A DNA stretch of 64,000 nucleotides from Fibrobacteria bacterium. Lineage in GTDB: Bacteria > Fibrobacterota > Fibrobacteria > UBA11236. The notes under the pieces were generated by a model. That model saw nothing but the letters and a program-made list of their open reading frames with translations. It was not told where the DNA came from and searched no databases. Below, in pieces: positions 48,938-55,435 of this stretch. Positions within the stretch are counted from its first letter, which is position 1. Each line of letters opens with the position of its first letter. The stretch lies in the NCBI GenBank assembly GCA_043732185.1, contig JAYTHY010000050.1, forward strand, positions 32,034 to 96,033, in the 5' to 3' direction. A program made the translations under genes and the position numbers.

Positions 48938-49726
48938 ATGGCGAGAAAACACAAACATCCGGAACACGTCAACCACGAACGGTGGTTGATATCCTATGCG
49001 GATTTTATCACACTGCTTTTTGCCACTTTCGTTGCCCTATACGCCTTAAGCAAATCCGACGCGAGCAAAGCTCAAGTAGTGGCTGAATCCATGCGCATTT
49101 CCTTTGGCGCCCAGGACGGTAAAATGATCCCGCAGGAAGCGTTCAATCCTCAGGCCGTCCCTTCCAGCCATCCCAAACCTATCCCTGGAGATACGAGTAT
49201 TCCCTCTCCACCTCAGCCCCGCAAAGAAGCGGGCAAAGAACAATTTGATGAAATAAAAAAGGAAGTGGAAGAATATTTGATGACCAAGGGAATGCTGAAC
49301 AAGGTTTCCGTAGATGTTCAAGAACGTGGTTTGGTCATGAGCCTTAAGGAAGCTGGGTTTTTCGAATCCGGAAAAACCGACATTCGGCAAGAGTCTTACC
49401 AGGTACTAGAGGAAATCGCTAAAAAGATCGCGAAATATCGAAATCCTGTGCGCGTGGAAGGCCATACCGATAATGTTCCCATCCATTCACGCACTTATCC
49501 CACCAATTGGGAGCTGTCTTCAACCCGTGCCACCAACATGGCGCGTTTGCTTACCGACAAATTCGGAGTCCCCCCAGGAAAAGTGTCCGCCACCGGATAC
49601 GGTGAGCATCGACCCACTTCCGAGAACGACACTCCCGCCGGACGAGCACGCAACCGACGTGTCGATTTGGTTTTGCTATCTTCGCAAGCGGAGAAATCAG
49701 AACCTGAATCCATTTCTGAACCGTAA
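48938..49726 (+). CDS. motB: Flagellar stator protein MotB
   Basis: RWLISYADFITLL, VEGHTD, NWELSSTRA, NRRVD. Confidence 0.93.
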   Translation: MARKHKHPEHVNHERWLISYADFITLLFATFVALYALSKSDASKAQVVAESMRISFGAQDGKMIPQEAFNPQAVPSSHPKPIPGDTSIPSPPQPRKEAGKEQFDEIKKEVEEYLMTKGMLNKVSVDVQERGLVMSLKEAGFFESGKTDIRQESYQVLEEIAKKIAKYRNPVRVEGHTDNVPIHSRTYPTNWELSSTRATNMARLLTDKFGVPPGKVSATGYGEHRPTSENDTPAGRARNRRVDLVLLSSQAEKSEPESISEP

Positions 49727-50687
49727 CTCACTGCCACCATTTTTCCTGTTCATCGCTGCCTGTTTCTGGGGCGTGGCTATTCCCGTTATGAAGGTGTTGG
49801 AAAGCGAACAGCATCTTCTCGCACCTGGAGTTGGGTCCATAACCGGATCCGTCGCCTCCTTAGTCGCCCGCTTTACTGGGGCGGCCCTTGTGGTGACACT
49901 TCTCGGAAGGGTATCCCTGTGGAGAATTTCCCGTAGGGAGTGGTTTAACGGTGGCGTTCTCGGACTCATTACAGCCGTCAGCATGGCCTTGCAATTGGAT
50001 GGCCTCAATTACACCAGCGCCTCCACGGCCGGCTTCCTAATCGCCATGTACTGTGTGTTCATTCCTCTTTTCACCTGGGTTTCCGGGCGCAGAAAGATGA
50101 CCCCTATTCTTGCGCTTTGTTGTCTAATGGTCATGGTGGGGATGGTGGTTTTGAGTGGTCTCCATATACAATCGTTTTCTTTAGGCCGCGGCGAATGGGA
50201 AAGTTTGCTTGCCGCCGTTCTTTTCGCCTGCCAAATTCTATGGGTAGATCGACTGTTGCCAGAAAACTATTATCCCTCTCATTTAACCTTTGTACTTTTT
50301 GCCACGGTCTCTATTATTTGCGTCATTAGCTTGGCCTTGCTGCCAGGAAGTTTACCAGTACTCGCCGTCCTCCACTCCTCAATCCGATCCGGAATTTTGA
50401 CTGCCCTTCTAACTGTTTTCGGAACCGCATTGCCATTTCTGATTATGAACCGATTTCAATCCAAAGTAGGCCCCGTAACCGCCGGGTTCATCTACTGCTT
50501 CGAACCAATCACAACTTCGATTGGAGCCTTGTTTCTTCCCAATCTCTTGGGCCGCGCCGGAACCCTTTACGGCAACGAATCCTTCTCCATGCGCCTGGCC
50601 ATTGGCGGTGGACTGGTGCTGGTCGCCAACCTTTTTTTGCTATTGGATCGTCCTCCACAGCCTAACGTGGACAGCACTGTAAAGTAG
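49704..50687 (+). CDS. DMT/EamA family transporter (start uncertain)
   Basis: FWG, ARF, GLNYTSASTAGFL, FEPI; about ten TM helices. Confidence 0.85.
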   Translation: MNPFLNRNSLPPFFLFIAACFWGVAIPVMKVLESEQHLLAPGVGSITGSVASLVARFTGAALVVTLLGRVSLWRISRREWFNGGVLGLITAVSMALQLDGLNYTSASTAGFLIAMYCVFIPLFTWVSGRRKMTPILALCCLMVMVGMVVLSGLHIQSFSLGRGEWESLLAAVLFACQILWVDRLLPENYYPSHLTFVLFATVSIICVISLALLPGSLPVLAVLHSSIRSGILTALLTVFGTALPFLIMNRFQSKVGPVTAGFIYCFEPITTSIGALFLPNLLGRAGTLYGNESFSMRLAIGGGLVLVANLFLLLDRPPQPNVDSTVK

Positions 50688-50694
50688 CTGGACA
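50668..50694. promoter_or_regulatory. Candidate enhancer-binding-protein upstream activator sites (copy 1)
   Basis: TGGACA half-site then TGTAAA-N5-TGGACA; ACGTGGAC shared with 54890-54897. Confidence 0.5.
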
Positions 50695-50743
50695 CGATAC
50701 CTTCCATTTCCAGCGTGATTTCACCTGATTTGCAGGAAAATCC

Positions 50744-50762
50744 ATTGGCCCGATTCTTGATT
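50744..50762 (+). promoter_or_regulatory. Candidate sigma54 -24/-12 promoter, variant -12 (copy 1)
   Basis: ATTGGCCCGATTCTTGATT with exact TGGC-N7-TTG spacing; near-identical copy at 55001. Confidence 0.65.
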
Positions 50763-50804
50763 TACCTGTTTGCGGGCATTCCAACCAAACAAAGGAGGTC
50801 AACA

Positions 50805-51500
50805 ATGTCCGTTTACAATAGACCGCTAAACTCCAAGCCCTTAGGTATACTTGCAGGCATAGGCTTGCTCCTTATCCTACCCGGGTATGCGAGGGCCGAC
50901 CACAATGAAACATCCTATGGCTCCGCCGAAATCACCCTGGGCTTTCCCAATGGGCAGGTTACGGTAGGCAAGACATGGGAAAATCATCCCCGGGAAGTCG
51001 TCGTCGAAGAAGTAACACACCGGTATCCTCAAGACGATCAACAAGATTGGGATAGGGAAAGCCGGGAAAGGGATCACGACCATGAGCGGGAACGCGACCG
51101 GAACCGGGACCGTGATTACGACGACGATGATGATGATGGCAACCAAATCATTATTGAAAAGCACGGCCATCACAATCGGCATAAGCAAGTTGTGATCATT
51201 GAACGATACCGGGAACCGGAGTATTGCGACAGGAGTGAGGAGGTTCGCAGGGTATATGTGCAGCCTCCATGCAACCGTCCTGAAGTAATCGTATACCGTC
51301 AGCCGGAGCGGATCATTTATGCTCCGCAGCGCTATGGTTGCGCGCCGAAGTCATCCGTGATCATCGTCCCTTCTAATCAAGGTTCCAACGAGTATCATGG
51401 GAACGGCAATTCCGGACCTCGGAATCTATTTCCGGAAAACTCGAATCGACCGATGCGCACCCGCGGAGTCCAACATCAGGTAGCCATGGTGGACCGATAG
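50805..51500 (+). CDS. Secreted low-complexity His/Arg/Asp-rich protein (paralog A)
   Basis: AAGGAGG RBS; signal peptide ending ARA; RD/RE dipeptide tract, poly-Asp, V/I-rich short motifs. Confidence 0.8.
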   Translation: MSVYNRPLNSKPLGILAGIGLLLILPGYARADHNETSYGSAEITLGFPNGQVTVGKTWENHPREVVVEEVTHRYPQDDQQDWDRESRERDHDHERERDRNRDRDYDDDDDDGNQIIIEKHGHHNRHKQVVIIERYREPEYCDRSEEVRRVYVQPPCNRPEVIVYRQPERIIYAPQRYGCAPKSSVIIVPSNQGSNEYHGNGNSGPRNLFPENSNRPMRTRGVQHQVAMVDR

Positions 51501-51516
51501 TTACTTGAAATTCCAG

Positions 51517-51549
51517 GGGGCGGACGCATCCGCGAAGGAGGACCGCCCC
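51517..51549 (+). other. GC-rich intergenic hairpin without U-tract
   Basis: GGGGCGG...CCGCCCC stem with inner TCC-GCGAA-GGA. Confidence 0.5.
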
Positions 51550-51624
51550 TATCTCAAAACATTTTCAAAAAAATCTAACTGAAAATCTCTAGAACAAAAG
51601 TTCGCACCAGGAAAGGATGAAGTC

Positions 51625-52851
51625 ATGAAGAAGTCAATGAGGAAATCAAAAAGTAAGAATGCGCAAAACCAGATTCTAATCCGAACCCTGGCGATGGCGG
51701 CGTTATTGAGCGGTTTAGTTTTTCCACTATTGACCCAAGCTCAGGATGGAAATGTCACAGGTGAAATTGTATCGCTGGGAAAGAAAACCGGCGTTGGAGC
51801 TCGAGCATTAGGTCTAGGAGAAGCATTCACGGCTGTGGCCGATGATTATACCGCCCTCTACTATAATCCCGCCGGCATGACCCAATTGGAGCATTCCGAA
51901 ATCGGACTCAATCTAAGTTACGGTCTCTTTCAGAATACCACTTCTTTTTCCGGGAACAGCCCTAGTGTGCGAACCCTGGAAGCCACCAAGCTGAACGCAT
52001 TGAGTATGGTGATGACCGATGGCGGACGCTGGGCTCTGGGCCTTGGCTATTACACGCCCACCTCCTTCAACGATCCTTTGAATTACTCCGCGCGCGGCAG
52101 CGAGTATGTGTACGATGCCTCGGGCCAAATGGATCATTATCGGATGGGATTGGCGTATAGTATTTCCAATGCCGTGAGCCTGGGCTTGGCGGTGGGAGCG
52201 ATAAGTGGACAGGAGCAGGTAGAAATCCAGGACGGGACTACCGTACGATACCTGGAAGAGTATACCGGTTACAATGTGGAGCCGTCCTTTTTATTCCACT
52301 TGTCAGAATTCTTCAGCGTGGGAGGTTCTGCCGTAGTAATGGAAAGACTGGAACTGGTCGATACCTATCAGGAAAAAGGTGGGCAGCCACTGGAAACCCT
52401 CTATGACATCCATCATCCTTTCCAAGCCAAACTCGGCTTTGCCATTCAAAGCGGGATGACGCAGTTTTCGGCGGATTGGCACGGCGACTTTTGGAGCAGT
52501 TATCAATATTCAAATGCCGGCGCAGCCTTTATGGCCCATGATGTCTATTACCCCAACCGGCATACCTTGAACCTGGGACTGGAACAACATATCTCCAAGC
52601 ATGGTCCAATTTTAAGAGTCGGGTACACCTGGGAAAACCAGGATGGCGTGAGGCCGCAGCCGAATACCAACGACCCGTACCGTTTAAGTGTGGGCATGGG
52701 TTTTGTCCCTTCCCACCGAGTCGGCCTGGATATCGCCTATCAATACGGGGCCAACACTGCGGTCCAGAATTCCCTGCCAGGCGGTCCCAGCGATTTGAAT
52801 ATTGCGGGAGAACAGCAGCAGGTGATGGCCTCCCTGCGGTTTCGCTGGTAG
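51625..52851 (+). CDS. OmpP1/FadL-family outer-membrane beta-barrel
   Basis: Signal peptide; GARALGLGEAFTAVADDYTALYYNPAG; terminal aromatic beta-signal LRFRW. Confidence 0.85.
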   Translation: MKKSMRKSKSKNAQNQILIRTLAMAALLSGLVFPLLTQAQDGNVTGEIVSLGKKTGVGARALGLGEAFTAVADDYTALYYNPAGMTQLEHSEIGLNLSYGLFQNTTSFSGNSPSVRTLEATKLNALSMVMTDGGRWALGLGYYTPTSFNDPLNYSARGSEYVYDASGQMDHYRMGLAYSISNAVSLGLAVGAISGQEQVEIQDGTTVRYLEEYTGYNVEPSFLFHLSEFFSVGGSAVVMERLELVDTYQEKGGQPLETLYDIHHPFQAKLGFAIQSGMTQFSADWHGDFWSSYQYSNAGAAFMAHDVYYPNRHTLNLGLEQHISKHGPILRVGYTWENQDGVRPQPNTNDPYRLSVGMGFVPSHRVGLDIAYQYGANTAVQNSLPGGPSDLNIAGEQQQVMASLRFRW

Positions 52852-52872
52852 GATTTAACGACATCTAAGCCC

Positions 52873-52935
52873 TTTCAAGAGTTTTCATGAATTTTCTTGA
52901 TCTTTCTTGATATTGCTTGAAACAGGAGTTAGACT
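52873..52935 (+). promoter_or_regulatory. Sigma70 promoter with 10-bp phased operator boxes for the TA operon
   Basis: TTGATA-N17-TAGACT-N6-ATG; TCAAGA/TCATGA/TCTTGA/TCTTGA/GCTTGA at 10-bp period. Confidence 0.6.
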
Positions 52936-52941
52936 AATACC

Positions 52942-53154
52942 ATGAAACCCGTTAAATTCGCTTCCCAGGTTGATGCCAAAGTACTGCGTGAGTTGCGCGC
53001 TTATGCCGAGCAAACCGATCGCAGCATTTCCAGCGTGGTTACCGAGGCCTTGGCTGAATATTTGGCCAAGGCACACATCCGCCCAGCTTTCCAGGCCTCT
53101 ATGGATGAAGTTTTGGTCGAACATGCTGAATTATTGAGCCGACTGGCCAAGTGA
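52942..53154 (+). CDS. Ribbon-helix-helix (CopG-like) antitoxin
   Basis: KFASQVD strand plus two helices; C-terminal ELLSRLAK typical of Doc-partner antitoxins; GTGA overlap. Confidence 0.85.
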   Translation: MKPVKFASQVDAKVLRELRAYAEQTDRSISSVVTEALAEYLAKAHIRPAFQASMDEVLVEHAELLSRLAK

Positions 53155-53528
53155 AACTGACAAAATTTCCGACTTTGGAGGAATGCTTGATGCTTCACCA
53201 GGCTTTGCTCAAACGCTTTGGGGGCCAATCTGGCATTCGCGATCAGGGCCTATTAGAAAGTGCCTTGGCGCGGCCACGTTCGGGATATTATACATCGCTT
53301 TCCGAGCAAGCGGCCGCGCTGATGCAAAGCCTGGCCCTCTATTCCAGTATTGTCGATGGCAATAAGCGGGTTGCTTTTGCGATGACGGCCATTTTTTTGA
53401 GAATGAATGGCTGGCGTTTTGTCCTGACTGCCGATGAAGGGGAGGCCTTTCTAATCGGTAGCGTCATTGAGGCTAAAGCCGATGTCAAAGAAATCGCAAT
53501 TTGGATTGAAGGCAAAATGAAGGAGTAG
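53151..53528 (+). CDS. doc: Doc/Fic family toxin with degenerate catalytic motif
   Basis: GIRDQGLLESALARP, DGNKRVAF; the His motif reads YSSIVDGNKR. Confidence 0.85.
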   Translation: MKLTKFPTLEECLMLHQALLKRFGGQSGIRDQGLLESALARPRSGYYTSLSEQAAALMQSLALYSSIVDGNKRVAFAMTAIFLRMNGWRFVLTADEGEAFLIGSVIEAKADVKEIAIWIEGKMKE

Positions 53529-53566
53529 AATGTGCAGCAGATTTTTCATCAAGGCTGCCATACTCG

Positions 53567-54805
53567 TTATGGGGATTTGATCTGACGACGGATAAATGCG
53601 CCAAGCAACGGAACGGCGAAAGAGTATCTTCCATGCCGGTTTTTGTAGATAAGCCCCGCTTCCGCCAAAGTGGCCAACAATTGGGTGATGTGACTGGCAC
53701 TGAATGGCTTTTTAAGTGACTTTCGTGAAGCCTGTTCTATCCCCTGTACAGAAAATTCCACGTCGGCATCTGGAAGCCGGGAGATTAGGATGAGTAGATC
53801 CCTTTGGCGATCCGTCACTTTTGACCAGCGGCCAGAGAAAAAGTCGCTATCAAGCTTCCGTAATATGGCGGGCATAAAAACGGGATGGTTGTGCGTCAAG
53901 GCTTCGGGGCTTTGGCGCAACACGTCAAACGCTTCACGGCCCAGAAATTGGATAAAATAAGGATAGCCACCTGATTCAAAGATAAGTTGGGTCATCAAAC
54001 TCGAATCGAAACGGACAGGGCTACCCTTTACCGCAATTGGTTTTGAAAATGCTTCTTTAGCGAAATTTTCTTCGAGACGATCGAGGAAAAGCACTCGGAA
54101 CATGCGTTCAGCAAAGGTTCTGGCGTCTACCAATTTTGGAAACAATGTTGGCAATCCTGAAAGCCAAAGCATGAATGGGATCCCTTTGCGCTGAATCGAT
54201 TGGAAGACGTCGAGTAACAAGGAAAGTGGATACTCCTCCTTGGCGGCATGATCGGATAAGATTTGGGCTTCATCATATGCGAATACGACGCCTTTAATTC
54301 CGTGGAGAGACACGGCCGACCATACCATTTCGAGCACGTATTTCAGCTTGTCGGCACTGAGTCCCGGCGTGCTTTCGTAGACTTCGACCAAAGTATTGTA
54401 ATCGAGTTGGACCGAGCGTACCGTTTTCTTGGCCGTAAAACCCAGACTGCGAACAGGTTCACCTTTCACAGAAAACAGGGATGCGATGGGTGCTAGATCT
54501 GCCAGCAAACGGGTGGCAATATTGTTTTCGCTCAGACTGGCCGCCTCCGACAAATCTGTACCCACCCAAAGCCAACCATGGTCGATTGCCAATGGTTTCA
54601 TTTTCTCCATCAGAACCGTTTTGCCCACACCGCGAAGACCCGTCACCACCAAGTTTTCCAGAATGATTTTTTGATCCAATAGCCGGGTGATTTCGGCAAC
54701 GGAGGTTTCACGTCCCGCCAGGAACGGAGGCATATGCCCCGCACCCGGGCGAAACGGGTTTTCGAAATCATCCGGAATGGCTGTTTTTAAATTAGAAACT
54801 TTCAT
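53567..54805 (-). CDS. P-loop ATPase (AAA_16-like) with C-terminal winged helix
   Basis: NPFRPGAG...LAGRE, GLRGVGKT, YDEAQ, SGGYPYFIQ, LAEAGLIY...GRYSF. Confidence 0.88.
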   Translation of the reverse strand: MKVSNLKTAIPDDFENPFRPGAGHMPPFLAGRETSVAEITRLLDQKIILENLVVTGLRGVGKTVLMEKMKPLAIDHGWLWVGTDLSEAASLSENNIATRLLADLAPIASLFSVKGEPVRSLGFTAKKTVRSVQLDYNTLVEVYESTPGLSADKLKYVLEMVWSAVSLHGIKGVVFAYDEAQILSDHAAKEEYPLSLLLDVFQSIQRKGIPFMLWLSGLPTLFPKLVDARTFAERMFRVLFLDRLEENFAKEAFSKPIAVKGSPVRFDSSLMTQLIFESGGYPYFIQFLGREAFDVLRQSPEALTHNHPVFMPAILRKLDSDFFSGRWSKVTDRQRDLLILISRLPDADVEFSVQGIEQASRKSLKKPFSASHITQLLATLAEAGLIYKNRHGRYSFAVPLLGAFIRRQIKSP

Positions 54806-54845
54806 TTATTATACTAAATTTATAATAAAGACTAAATAAAGTCAA
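54805..54845 (-). promoter_or_regulatory. Sigma70 promoter and palindromic operator of the ATPase gene
   Basis: Minus strand TTGACT-N17-TAAATT; perfect palindrome TTTATTATA-N7-TATAATAAA at 54805-54829. Confidence 0.55.
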
Positions 54846-54881
54846 TCAGCTAATAGCATCGTATGAATCACGCATCTACCC

Positions 54882-54930
54882 TGTCCACCACGTGGACCGA
54901 AAAACCCCTTGCCCGTCCACCAAATTACCA
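54882..54930. promoter_or_regulatory. Candidate enhancer-binding-protein upstream activator sites (copy 2)
   Basis: TGTCCA-N5-TGGACC and CGTCCA-N5-TTACCA, 32 bp apart. Confidence 0.55.
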
Positions 54931-55000
54931 GATGAATCCCTGCCCTACCTCTTTTCAAGTGATTTTTAGCCCTCACCTTCGCAGTTTCCCCCCTTTTTCA

Positions 55001-55019
55001 ATTGGCCCGATATTTGATT
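55001..55019 (+). promoter_or_regulatory. Candidate sigma54 -24/-12 promoter, variant -12 (copy 2)
   Basis: ATTGGCCCGATATTTGATT, 17/19 identical to 50744-50762. Confidence 0.65.
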
Positions 55020-55054
55020 AATGGATACTGCATCACCCTTTCAGGAGACCCAGT

Positions 55055-55435
55055 ATGCATCACTTCACAAAATCGACCGGATCCATTCGCAATACCCGCA
55101 CCCTCGGCTTTTTCCTCGCCGCCCTCTTGTGCCCGCTTAGCCTGAACTTGGCCCTGGCAAACGAACATCGTCGCCCAGTCCAAGTTACGGCAACATCCGG
55201 ACACGTGGAAGTGGTGCATCAAGTTCCCGGAGGCACCATTGTCGTCGGTGTGGACTTCGGCCGAACCGCCCACCGTGATCGGGATGTTACTATTATCCGC
55301 GAAATACCGCGCAACGAAGTCACGGTTGTTAAAACCGTCAGGCATGGTCGATGTGGGAAAAAGGTTACCGTGATCGAAACCTATGAAAGACATGACAAAC
55401 ATCGTCATCATCGGGACTCCTACGCCAGTCGGTGA
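55055..55435 (+). CDS. Small secreted His/Arg-rich protein (paralog B)
   Basis: AGGAG RBS; signal peptide ending ALA; shares G-x2-E-x5-P-x-G-x3-VG with paralog A. Confidence 0.75.
   Translation: MHHFTKSTGSIRNTRTLGFFLAALLCPLSLNLALANEHRRPVQVTATSGHVEVVHQVPGGTIVVGVDFGRTAHRDRDVTIIREIPRNEVTVVKTVRHGRCGKKVTVIETYERHDKHRHHRDSYASR

Noticed and set aside
49473..49658. Long N-terminal extension of the DMT ORF
   Set aside because: Overlaps the conserved OmpA-like domain of motB in another frame and looks non-protein-like.
48136..49726. motAB as Zorya ZorAB defence system
   Set aside because: MotA is normal length with flagellar-type motifs and no long ZorA tail; no zorC/D/E neighbours.
51040..51140. Repetitive GACC/GAAC-rich DNA as a CRISPR or nucleic-acid repeat array
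   Set aside because: Explained by RD/RE and poly-Asp codons; no constant repeat with unique spacers and no cas genes.
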